A stretch of 56,471 bases of DNA, counting the filler, from Dugesia japonica (Eukaryota), in assembly GCA_001938525.1 (NCBI GenBank). It is 5 parts of 5 records of this genome, joined end to end, with 100 filler letters (N's around TTAATTAATTAA, not from the genome) between each part and the next. Parts side by side here need not be neighbours in the genome. Positions count along the whole stretch, not along the records: positions 1 to 17,750 come from MQRL01634004.1; 4 more parts are not named here. One strand, 5' to 3'. Positions 1-11,551 of this stretch are shown piece by piece; the stretch's first letter is position 1, and each line of letters opens with the position of its first letter. A program made the position numbers and the translations under genes. The notes beneath the pieces were generated by a model. The model did no database searches. It was not told the DNA's origin and saw only the letters and a program-made list of their open reading frames with translations.

Positions 1-1
1 T

Positions 2-217
2 GCTGATCGGGAGGATGTCAAAATGGCCATATCCGAATTCATAGACTCCAGAGAAAATTATTTTTTTGCTAATGGTATTTTGAAACTAGTTTCTAGATGG
101 CAAAAAGGTGTAAAATATAATGGTGACTATTTTACTTAAATAAAATTTGATTTTATTGGACTTTTATTGATTTTATTGTCTATTACGTAATCGGACATTT
201 CATATGTGACAAGCTAA
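2..217 (+). mobile_element. 3' end of a mariner transposase plus probable right TIR
   Basis: Frame from base 2 reads ...FFANGILKLVSRWQKGVKYNGDYFT* (stop 137-139), the typical mariner C-terminus. It is followed by TIR-like 'cggacatttcatatgtgacaagctaa'. Confidence 0.8.
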
Positions 218-231
218 AACAAGGTTCATAA

Positions 232-460
232 AATATAAGACTTATGAGGGAATTATTTACATAGCAAACGTGTAATATAAGGTTTATGAAGGTATTTTTA
301 CATAGTCAACATGTTATATACGGTTTATGAGTACAATATTTGTATATTTACATTGTATTATTTAATAAATGTTTTATGAGTGTATTATTTACCTAGCAAC
401 CATGTATTATTTTCATAATAACTGTGTAATATAAGGCTTATGAGGGTATTTTTTACATAG
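232..460. repeat. Degenerate ~40 bp minisatellite
   Basis: About 4-5 diverged copies of 'atataaggyttatgagggtattwtttacatagcaa..tgt'. Confidence 0.6.
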
Positions 461-2760
461 AATAATTTGATTATCATTTCTTTGTTTTGATTTTCTTTAA
501 TTTATTCATAATTTAGTGCATTGTTTTGAAGAATCAAATAAAATTAATCCATAAAAACCCCAATGTTCTTCTTTAATTCATTAATTATGATAAACAATAT
601 TAATAACAGAGGTGAAGTGATGTAAGAAGTAACAAAGAAAATGAATTTTCCTACAGGCAAACCATGTCAATTTAAAATCAAAAGTGATAAATTTAAAATT
701 ATTTACTTCAGATGCAAAAATTGTAGAATAATGAGTTGTAAAAAACCATTGGAACCGCATGATTTGAACCCTATGATATAAAATATTTACAATTACAATA
801 GCTATTTATTGTCGTAAATATGAAAGTTTCAATAAACTTGTATAAATAAGTAAGAATAGCCAATTGTTTGTTCGAATTAGAGTTATTTTCTGCTCTAAGA
901 CTTGTAAAATATGGCCCTTTATGTGTTCTCAACAGGAAAACTAGAAATACTATAGCTTTAAAATTTGTATTTTCAAGGATATGTGAATAACATTACTTCA
1001 GATTTTATCAATTTGATTGGAAAAATTTAGAAAATTCGCAATACGAATGCAAAACATTTACAATTCAAGTACAAAAATATCAATTTAAATTTAGATATTT
1101 AAATTTCAAATAATTAATATATTACGTTGTAGTTTTTTATTATGCATATATATATATATATATATTCCATTTCATTAGTATTTCTTGTAACTTAAAAAAT
1201 GGATTTCACAATTATTGAGAAACTACAGAAAATGGAAGAGGATTTTAGTAAGTAGTTTAATTTTTATTAATTTTTTAATTTTATTTATAAATTTAATTTA
1301 GGAATGCTCGTTCATTTATGCTAAGAACGGTGGATCTTGGAAAAGAAAACCAATGCTCTTGGACTCAGTAGTAAATGAGTAAATGGCAGCCAAATTTTCC
1401 GCACCTTACTGCATTGGATGTGCAATGTTTAATCTTATGGTTGCCATGGAGAAACACCAGTATGAACTGTTGAAATACAAGAATTATTTTTGTTATAGGT
1501 TACCAAAAATAAATGTATTATTATTTAGTCTTTGTTTTATTTAGTTTTATTTAGATTTTTAAAATAAATATTTTAAAATTTTAATTTAAATAAAATGAAC
1601 AAGACATTTTTCATAAATATTTATTTAAATTTAAACAAAATAGCACTAAGTAAACATTAGGTAACCAAATTAAGATCTTCTTTTTTATATTTTTGACTTT
1701 CCATATAACTTCCACCGATTTAATTGATTTCTTAAAGCCTTTAATCTCCACTTGAATCATCCATTGAGTGTTGTCTTTATAATTGTTTTCATCGCGTTCT
1801 TTAATATATATAATTGGAGTCTTCAAATAAAACAACTTGTAATTAAGGTAATCAGTAATTTTCTCTAGTTCAACAGTTATTGTTGACGCGTTTTCGTTAG
1901 TGAGTTGGTTTTCTTGCAATTTGAATTGTAAAAATGATTAACTTTATGTAAACCTTTGGTTATATACTAGTTGCGATACATACATACTCGTTATTTGGGA
2001 GTTCCTATTAGTTAATGTTTACTATAATTGATTTGATTTGTTACTATTTCTTTTAACTGTTGCGATTAGTTGAAATTTGCTAAATATGATATGATTCGAT
2101 AATATTTGTTTTTGTGTTTTAATAGTTATGATTGGTTACCGAGTTTATATAAATATTACTTGTTTTTAAAAATAAATTCCCTTTTATAAAAATGTCTTTT
2201 AATGCTTTTGCAAATTATTTGGAAAACCCTGTCCAAGGAGAAAATGATACTAACCAAGAAGAAATAGAAAATATTAACGAAGAACAAACAATCATTCGAG
2301 ATGAACAAATACCAAATGATGAAAATATGGATGATGCATGTCATGATGATGATGATAGTGGTCACTTTGAAAATATGAAAATTATTTTTAGTTGTTATTA
2401 TTTGTTACTTCTTGCATCACTTCACCTCTGTAATTAATATCGGTTATTATAATTAGTAAAGCAATAGTGGTGCACGAGCACAATTTGGCAATGAGCCAAA
2501 ATTCGGACACAATTATTTTTAAGCAGTTATCGTGCACCCCCCTCCCCCGGGGGGTGCTCGGAAACACATTACGCTTGAGCTGCGTTTTTTTGACATGATT
2601 TTTGGAATCAAAAAATTTTGATCGAATCAGTTTTTTTTATCCTGGTGTTGTGTATTTTTAAATTTTGTTTGTGTTTGGGTTGTAAAGGTGGTTTTTAAAA
2701 AGTAGGTCAAGTTGAGTTTGTGTAAGTGTGTGTAAGAAGGAAAAAAAGGAGGAGGAGATG

Positions 2761-2891
2761 GGTATATGTAAAATGGCGTTTTCCGATCAAGGTTCTTCCC
2801 TTTCATCACATACATTTTTTGATATGAGATAAAATAGTGTATAGTGAATATAAATAAACAATCGATCGGAAAATGCCATTTTACATCTACT
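2761..2891. repeat. Inverted repeat / MITE-like mini element
   Basis: atgtaaaatggcgttttccgatc (2766-2788) vs gatcggaaaatgccattttacat (2864-2886), 1 mismatch. The right arm ends ...ctact. Confidence 0.7.
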
Positions 2892-3569
2892 TAGATTAAT
2901 GGTTTAATTCTTTTAATTTAAAGAAATTTAAAAAAATATAATTGTTTTAGATATTTTAAAAAAGTAAGTAAATATTCTACATATAATAGTAAGTAGCTAA
3001 AAGTTGAATTTTTTATTTTTAAAATAAAGTAGCGTATAGAATATTCAATTTTTCTATTTATATTTGTAAACATGTTTTTAATTAAATTAATAGAAAGATA
3101 AAACATTTATTTATTAAATTTTATAAATTTATAAATGAAAAAATGTTTATCTATATAGTCATGCATAAATATTCTAAAATAAATTAATTTAAAAAATTTT
3201 TATGTTAGTAACTTTGTTATTATTTTTTATTAAAATTTATAGAAACAATGTTTATAATTATTAGGAAAGTATATGGAAATAGAGGCACCCTATGAATATA
3301 TACTTTTTCAAAACTCACTCCTGTATAACTTGGAAAACACTTTCGGAAATTCATTTGAATTTCAATTTCGACTTTCGGCAAGTAAAATTTGTACAGGAGT
3401 TTATGATTCTGATTTACGTGTTTACTGTCACAGAAATGACTTGCATGTAAATTAGATGATTAACGATGCATGAGATGGTGAAGAACCGGTTCTAAAACAA
3501 TAAATAAATCACCATCTCATACATTGTAGTTTTGCTATTTTTAATTTTATTATTTTTTATTATTAGAAA

Positions 3570-4903
3570 ATGGATACAACAAAAATTAATCCTGATAATA
3601 ATATTAATTTTCAACATTTAATTTTGAAAAATGATGTTTTGAGAATTTCACCTTCATCTGGAACAATTAATAATTTAATGTCTTCTGATGATATAACTTT
3701 TCAATCTTTGCAATCATCCAACCCATTGGATATTTGTAATTCAATGTTATATTTGTAAGATGAATTAGAATTTGGTGCAACTGATGCTCATAAAAATAAA
3801 ATAACTTTAGAAAATAATCGGTTTCCAAGTTTATTCAAAACAATGAGATTAACTTAAGGATCTTCTGATGTAGAAATAATTAATGACCCAGGAATTTCTT
3901 CAACAATATTAAATTTTGTAACAACTTGTTCTACTTATAAAAATATTTATGGTGAGATATCAGGTTGGTTACCATACACAAATAAAGGTGATGTGGATGT
4001 AGAAGGTCTTGATGCAAACCTAGGTTTTTGTAAAAGAAAGAAACTTTATAATTCGAAAAAGAAATTTGAAGCTTATTTTCCTTTAAAAATTTTATTTGGA
4101 CTTTTACAATGTTACAATAGATTAATATATAATACAATGATTGAATTTACTTGTAATAGACAAATGAATGATAATTAAATATTTTATGGAGATACAAGTG
4201 CAACTGCTACTTTTAAATTAACAACTCTAGAACTACATATTCCAGAATATAGATTAGTTCCAAAAATGGAAGTAAATCTTTTAGAAAGAATTAATACAAA
4301 TAAATCTATTCAAGTTTCATTTTTAAATAGAATTACCTCAAAAACAATTTTAGATTCAGAAAATTATTATTCGGTAAAACTAAGTAATTTAACTTATAAA
4401 CCAAGATATACATTTATTGTAATAAAAGATTCAGAAATTTTTTATCAAAAGAATAATAATTTATTTATTCAAAGAAGTTCAACAACTGTTGAAAATGAAA
4501 AAAAAAAAGTTACAACAAAACATTATCTTAAAAGTATCCAAGTACAATTAAACAATACTTATTATCCTATAAATGAATGTAAATTTAATATTAAAAATAA
4601 TGAAGTGATTTTTCCATATTTAAATTATGTAAATTGCTGTAAAGAATTTTTGACAGAACCACAATTATCTTTACAAGAATTTGGTGATTTGTACCCCATC
4701 TTTTGTTTTAAGGTTAGTTCCCAAGATGATAAATTAAATATAAAAATACTGTAGATATAACTTTACATATAACTAAAAATACTGATTTTAAAGGATCTTT
4801 ATGTTGGTGTATTTTAGAAGAAAAACATATAGAAATGAAATTATCTAATTCTAAAATCGTCATGATTGAAAATAAACGAGGAGAAAGTTTAGAATTAAAA
4901 TAA
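3570..4903 (+). pseudogene. Polinton major capsid protein (double jelly-roll, hexon-like)
   Basis: ORF pieces 3570-3758, 3993-4178 and 4266-4754 share one frame, separated by TAA stops, with a late frameshift. Motifs: LENNxFPSLF, EIINDPGISSTI, FPLKILFG, KPRY, LNNTYYP, LYPIFCF. Confidence 0.85.
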
Positions 4904-4935
4904 AGTTTAAAATCCCCAAAAGGGCTACATTTAAA

Positions 4936-6278
4936 ATGGATATAGACTTTCAAAATAAAAATAATAAAAGATTTTGTGAAAATTGTAATAAAATATTACT
5001 TAAAAAAATAAACCAAGACATTTACGAGTTTCTTTAAAGAAAGCCGGAGGCAATCTACAATCTTCTAAATTAACTTCAGCAATTTTAAAACCATTTACTT
5101 GGGAAAAGTATCCAGGAGAAAGACATTTATTTAAACATAATTACACTGGTCCCGGAACAAGATTAGATTTAAGATTACGAGAAAACTCTGAAGGAATTCT
5201 TGAGCCAAAACCAGGAGAAGAACCAATTAATAGGGTTGATGAAGCCGCTTTTAAACATAATTTATCTTATAAATCAGAAGATTTATGAGATAGACATTTA
5301 GCTGACATAAATTTAATTCATGATTTAAATAATATTAAAAATCTAACTACTTCTGAAAAAATACAAAAAGGTTTAGTAAAATTAGCAATGAAAGGTAAAA
5401 TCGTCGCCGGAGGCTCCTTGACTGAAGGGATTCTTTTAGGTTCTGGCGTAAGCTCTAATAATGAAAATAATAATAATAAAGAAATATTATCAAATGAATT
5501 ACATAAAGAATATAGAAAACTAAAACATTTTCTAAAAGTAATAATAAAAGAAAAAGATAATACTTGGGGTTGTGATATTATTGATATGGTTAAATAATCC
5601 AGTTAAAAATATAGATATATTTTAGTTTGTATTGATTTATACTCTAGATTTGGTTTTTGTGTACCAATGAAAAATAAAAATCAAGAATCTTTACGAGAAG
5701 CTTATGAAAATATATTTGAAGAAAATAATCGAATTCCAGATTATATCTGGTTTAATAAAGAATCAGCTATTAGATCAAAATACTTTGATAAATTTCTTAA
5801 AGAAAATTAAATTAAATTATATCATACTGAAAACGAAGGTAAATCAGTTTTTGCTGAAAGATTTATTAAAACTCTTAAAAGTAAAATTTGGAAATATTTT
5901 ACATTAGTTGGTAACCAAAAATGGTATAATAATTTATTACAAAAGATTGTTGATGAATATAATAACACAATTCATAATTATTTTAATGTAACTGCAAAAG
6001 AAGCTAGTGAAAATCCAGATAAAATAAAAGAAATAATAAATCAACATAATCATGAAAATGATAATTTAATATTTAAACAGAAATTTAAAATTGGAGATCG
6101 AATTAGAATCTTTAAATACAAATTTGAAAAAGGATTTACAGCCAAATGGACAAACGAAATATTTATTGTAACTAAAGTATATTACACAAAACCTTTTACT
6201 TATGGAATTACCGATTTGGAAAAGGAAAAGATTTTGGGCAGATTTTATAGTAATGAACTTCAGAAAACTGTTTTATAA
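4936..6278 (+). pseudogene. PLA2-like domain fused to retroviral-like integrase
   Basis: One frame from about 5010 to 6278. PLA2 part: HNYTGPGT...PINRVDEAAFKHNLSY. Integrase part: ELHK...TWGCD...YILVCIDLYSRF...KSVFAERFIKTLK...FKIGDRIRI...FEKGFTAKWTNEIF...GRFYSNELQK. Stops at 5286, 5595, 5604 and ~5808. Confidence 0.9.
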
Positions 6279-6300
6279 AATTTAAATTAATAAATAAAAA

Positions 6301-6825
6301 ATGAGCGAGCCTGAAGGAACCCATTCTTTACAATTTATTTTAAAAGGTATTCTAAATGATGAATCAAAAGATATTCTAAAAGAAGAAATTAAACAAGAAT
6401 TAAAAGAAGAATTTAAGCAAGAATTTAAAAATGAATTAAAAGAAGAATTTAAGCCAGAATTAGAAAATGAATTAAAACAAGCCCAAAAGGGCCCATCAGA
6501 AGAAAATAAATATTTAAAGAAAACACTAGCAGCCATCAATATAAAAAATCCACCAGAATATTTTTGGAAGTAGATAATTGTAAATAGACCTGATGATAAA
6601 AGATATGCTGGTATGACATCTGAAGAAGTAGATGAAGAAGTAGCAATATTAATCAACTATTTTAAAAATTTTGATTTTACATATATGGATCCATTTAGTA
6701 TAGGTATTTTAAATTTAATAGTAAATAAACTAAAAGATGAAGGTATGAGGAATTCTATAGATTTTTTCGATGTTAAAGAATTCTTTGATAAAAAAATAAC
6801 TTCTGATTATAAAAGCAAATCATAA
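6301..6825 (+). pseudogene. Polinton hypothetical protein with 4-aa (12-bp) K-x-E-hydrophobic repeats
   Basis: ORFs 6301-6573 and 6613-6825 are in the same frame, split by one TAG. Eight tetrad repeats at 6379-6474. Confidence 0.65.
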
Positions 6826-6841
6826 TTTTTATTAAATTAAA

Positions 6842-7601
6842 ATGTCTCAATTAATCGGTAAAACCTCAGCTCCTGAAAGTCGCGAGCGAAAGCAAGCTTC
6901 GTTAATCTGGAATAAAAACAAAAATATGTTGAATAATAAAATCTTTCCGTCTAATTTTAGATTATTAATAATTGGTTCTTCAGGATCTGGTAAAAATGTT
7001 TTGTTAATGAAAATGTTATTAACTCCAGGGTTTTTANNNNNNNNNNNNNNNNNNNNNNNNNNNNNNNNNNNNNNNNNNNNNNNNNNNNNNNNNNNNNNNN
7101 NNNNNNNNNNNNNNNNNNNNNNNNNNNNNNNNNNNNNNNNNNNNNNNNNNNNNNNNNNNNNNNNNNNNNNNNNNNNNNNNNNNNNNNNNNNNNNNNNNNN
7201 NNNNNNNNNNNNNNNNNNNNNNNNNNNNNNNNNNNNNNNNNNNNNNNNNNNNNNNNNNNNNNNNNNNNNNNNNNNNNNNNNNNNNNNNNNNNNNNNNAAA
7301 AAATCAAGAATTGCAAAAAAGTTATTTTACTAGAGGAAGACATGCAAATTGTAATGTGATTTATATTTCTCAAACTTATTTTCATTTAGATAAAAACTCT
7401 ATTAGAAATAATTTCAGTTGTTTTATATTTTTTAAATTAAACAAAACAGATAAAGATCATGTTTATTATGATCTGTTTCGTAACATTTTTTCTAGTAAAA
7501 TGGAATATGATTATGAAGTTAATTTACACTGGAAAACTAGATATTATTATTACTATTTAGATAGAGAAGCAGATGAATTAATTGATAATTTATTTGAATA
7601 A
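6842..7601 (+). CDS. A32/FtsK-like DNA packaging ATPase (gapped)
   Basis: FRLLIIGSSGSGKN (Walker A; usual T replaced by N) before the gap, and YFTRGRHANCNVIYISQTYF..IRNN after it. Confidence 0.9.
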
Positions 7602-7728
7602 TTTATATTTTTAAAATCCCCTACCTCTTTTAAATCTTCTTATCTCTTTTTTAATACTCCTACCTCTTAAATCAACTTATAAATCCCTTTTTAAATCAAC
7701 TCATTAAATAACTTTTATTTAAAAGAAA

Positions 7729-8270
7729 ATGTCTTCAGTTTCAGAACAAGAATTAATTGATTTAGTAAATTCAAATAAATCTAAATCTATAANAATTAAT
7801 GGAAAAACTAATGGATTGGTAAACAAGTTAAAGAAGAAATAAAAAAGAAAATGACAACAGATAAAATCCATGAAGGCGGATTTGATTTTCTAGCAGCAAT
7901 ACCCGCAATTATAGCAGGTTTATTTTCAACAGCAGGAATTGCAACTGATATAGCTTCAACTGTTATTAATTCCAGAGATGCTATCAAAAAACAAAAATAA
8001 ATTGAATTAGTAGAATTGCAGAAAAAGGAACTTGTTGATACTCGTGACCGAAAGGAACTTGAAAATAAATTAGAAGTAAATTCAAAAGAGCTCGATAAAA
8101 CTAGCTCTGGATCTGGTCTTTACTTAAAACCTTATCAATGAAGTTCAATTCATAAATATTTAAAAAATAGTTTAGATATTTCAGAATTGAAAATAATTAC
8201 TAAAAACTTTACAAATGGAATTCATGTTAAAATAAAAGGTGATGGTTTGTATTTAAAACCTTATGATANN
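7729..8270 (+). pseudogene. Adenovirus pX/mu-like core or membrane-lytic protein
   Basis: EGGFDFLAAIPAIIAGLFSTAGIA, then a coiled segment and two GxGLYLKPY motifs in one frame. Frameshift near the 5' end and TGA at 8139. Confidence 0.65.
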
Positions 8271-8280
8271 TCTTTTAAAA

Positions 8281-9141
8281 ATGGATAGTGAACAAATAAC
8301 AGAAAGAATAAAACTTTTGAAAGATTTAATTAAAGCTCAAGATAATTATGATAATTTATTTACTGGAAATGTAATTGAATCAAGAATTTTACAAGCTGAT
8401 TTAACTGTTCAACAACAACCTACTATTAAAGCTATTGAAATATTAGGTAAAATATCTACAAACTCATGTGAAAAAAGAATACCATTCTTTCCTAAAATTA
8501 ATTTAAATATTAAAAATTTATCTCCAACAATTACACCAACATTTGAAATAGAAAATATTGATAATAAAAACTTCCAAAAAATAATTTATCTTAGTCACAG
8601 AAGGGCCCAAGAATAATATTTATTTGAAAAAGATGGGAAAAAATACTTTTTATCTAAAGAAAAATTAATATCATATTCTGAAGAGTTAATGAATTTAATT
8701 TTGAGAAATGGAAGTAATTATCCAGAAGCAATTGATATTTATTTAAATAAATTAAATATATCATTTCCTACTAATTCAAATTATCGCGATTTATTAACTG
8801 GGAAAAAAGAAGATACTTCCAGTCCTGAGCACAAGCAAACAACAAAAATACCAAAACTTAAAAAAGGTACTGATAGTGAAAAAGAAATCCCAAAAGGCCC
8901 CATTTTAATTGAAAAAGAAGATATCCCAAAGGACCCCATTATAGGTAAAAGTTAAAAGTATCATGAAACTAAAAATGATCCATTTTCTTTATTTGAAAGA
9001 TTATCATTATTAATTTCGGCTGTAAAAGCCGGTCATAATAATTTAGACAAAGAAATTAAATCTGTTTGTAAAGAATTATTAAAGCAAGAACTAATTACTA
9101 AAGAAAAATATAATGTATATAAAAATAAATATTTTTTATAA
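8281..9141 (+). pseudogene. Conserved Polinton protein of unknown function
   Basis: One frame with stops at 8614 and 8953. The C-terminal DPFSLFERLSLLISAVKAGHNN..EI resembles the DP..L..RL.LL.....AGNN motif I recall from Polinton ORFs. Confidence 0.65.
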
Positions 9142-9146
9142 ACAAA

Positions 9147-9821
9147 ATGTCTCATCAATTTTTAGTTGTTGGTAAAGAGTCTGATTTAAAGGTTAATTTA
9201 AAATTTCCATTAGTATTAGATTCTTAATATGAAATGGGATTATTGTGTTTTATTTGTTATAATATTATTTTTCATGTAACTTATAAAAATAATACTTTTA
9301 TTTTTAAAGAAGAACAAAAAGAAAACAAAAATCTATTGAACCAGGAGCTTATGAAATTAAAGAAATATCTAATAAATTAAAAGATTATGGAATAGAAATT
9401 ACACCAGATCAATCAACAACAAAATGTAATCTAGATATAAAAGAACATACAATTAAATTTGATGATAAATCTTTTTTTCATACAATCTTAGGTTTTTCAC
9501 CTAAGGAATATTCAAAAGGAAAATACTATTCTGAAAATAAGATTGATATTTTAAATATTAATATGATAAATATTAATTGTAATTTAGTTAAAGGTAATTA
9601 TATTAATAACTTAGCAATGAACTTATTATATTCTTTTCCAGTAAATACTGTTGGTTTTGGTTTTAAAATTATAGATAGACTTTATCCTCCAATTTATTCA
9701 AGATTAAACTCCAAACGTGTTGATTCCTAATATTTAATATTATAGATGGAAATAATAATCCAATAAATTTAATGGACAAACTATTTCTTTATTAGTTCAT
9801 ATAAGAAAATGTATGGATTAA
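9147..9821 (+). pseudogene. Minor capsid protein (penton-like single jelly-roll)
   Basis: FPLVLD.YEMGL, IEPGAYEI, ILGF, INCNLVKGNYIN, LLYSF, IIDGNNNPINFNGQ. Contains one stop and frameshifts. Confidence 0.85.
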
Positions 9822-9893
9822 ATTATACGGGCCCTTTTTGGGGTTTTAGATTTTTTAAAAACATTTGGAATAAATACTAAAATTTATTTTTAT

Positions 9894-10331
9894 TTGTATT
9901 CTATTGCTGATTTTTTAAATCTTGGAACGGGGCCCTCTGGGTTAGAAGTTTTAATGAAAGTTGAAGTTGCTAAGCTCCTAAAGAATGAAGTAAATAATAA
10001 GTGGCGCCCGCGTGCGTCGTTAATTATTAATTGTCAAAATACAAAATTGGTCCCGCGGAACCAAATTGTTTTAATTATTAATTATCAAAATACAAATCAA
10101 AAAGGAATTCATTGGGTTGCTTATTCTTCTGGTTTTTATTTTGATTCTTATGGATTAAAAACATTTAAAGAAATTGAAAAACATGTAAATTTTTATAATA
10201 AAATTCAAGTTCAACCTTTTGGAACAAGTATTTGCGGAATTTTATGTTTATATTTTTTATACTATATAAAGTTTAAACCTGTTGAAGAAATAATTGATGA
10301 ATTATATGAAACCTTTAAAGAATTACTATAA
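9894..10331 (+). CDS. Adenain-like maturation cysteine protease
   Basis: GIHWVA, YFDSYG and QPFGTSICG give the H/D/Q/C catalytic set. Probable ATG at 9954. Confidence 0.9.
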   Translation: MYSIADFLNLGTGPSGLEVLMKVEVAKLLKNEVNNKWRPRASLIINCQNTKLVPRNQIVLIINYQNTNQKGIHWVAYSSGFYFDSYGLKTFKEIEKHVNFYNKIQVQPFGTSICGILCLYFLYYIKFKPVEEIIDELYETFKELL

Positions 10332-10334
10332 AAA

Positions 10335-11454
10335 ATGAATTATTGTGGAGAAACTTTAAATAGTCAAAATAATACAGAAATATTAATACATGTTTCTGCT
10401 AAATTAAAATTAGAATCAGTAACCAACGATAAAAGATTTGTTAATGAAAGTGGAGATTCAATTAGTTGTTTGAAAATTATTAATGAACCAAAAATGAACT
10501 AGATGCAGTTAATTTAAAATATTTTAATAAATTAGAGAAACAAGTATCTGAATTGGTGCAAACGACGAGTGACCTAAAAAATCAATCAGATGTCCAAAAT
10601 ATTTATATTCTTCATATTTTAAAAATTAATAAATCATGGATTAAAGATAAAGCCGATTTAATTATTAAAATAAATAATTTAAAAACCCGGCTGGTGGAAA
10701 CGAAGAGTAATTTAAAAACCAAGCTAACACAAACGAAGAGTGATTTAGAAAATGAAATCGAAAAGCTCTCAGAAAAAATTAATAATTTATCAAGTACTTG
10801 TTCACCCGAAAAATTTAATAAAATTAATTTAGAAATCGCGAAGCTCTCGAAAGAAATCGCGAAGCTCTTAAAAGAAATCGAATTGTTAAATAATCCTTTA
10901 TACCCTTTAGAAGAAGAATTTAATAAAATAAAACAAGATCTTCATATTGATCGTCTTAATGAAATTAAGGATTACATTATTAAAATAAAACAAATCCAGA
11001 TCCAAAGCACCCAATCCCAAAGCTCCAAATACAAGACTTGTTAAATAAGATTAGAGAAATAATTGATAATTATTTTCCTTACTCTGATAAAATAAATTTT
11101 ACTAGTAACTCTAAGTCACAATCCAAAACACTTTTTAGATTAACTACTTTATTTAGAAAGAACTCATTATCATATCATTCTGGATTAACTCCTTTTAAAA
11201 TAAAAAGAAAAGGAATATTTAAATCTTTTATGGTTTCAGGAAAAGCATATAAATATTATTTTCTTCAAGAACCACTAGAACTTTATTTTTATTTAAAAAA
11301 CCTATTAAAAGAAGTAAATTTATTATTTAATGGATATACTGATTTACATCTTTTAAAAGTTTATATAATAATTAATAATAACTTAGATGAACATAATTTC
11401 ATTCTATTAATAATGACTTATTTCGATTTAGTGTTAATATTAATCAAAACTTAA
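10335..11454 (+). pseudogene. Fibre-like virion protein
   Basis: N-terminal FVNESGD...P....DAVNLKY (tail-fibre-type motif), then 11-aa and 7-aa coiled-coil repeats and a globular C-terminal ORF. Frameshifted. Confidence 0.5.
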
Positions 11455-11551
11455 ATAACCAATAGAAAGAATTACTTTGATTTTCCCACCAAACATTTAT
11501 ATTTATAATATTATTATTTCAAATTAAATCTTTAAATTAACAATAAATAAA

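Noticed and set aside
232-460. CRISPR-like array
   Set aside because: Degenerate tandem units without unique spacers, no cas genes, eukaryotic context.
5100-5330. Endogenous parvovirus/densovirus suggested by the PLA2 motif
   Set aside because: No NS1/SF3 helicase or parvoviral capsid; the domain is fused to a Polinton integrase.
3570-9141. Stop-codon reassignment to explain many in-frame TAA in viral genes
   Set aside because: The stops appear to replace different residues. TGA, TAG and frameshifts also occur, and genes end in TAA, so this is ordinary decay.
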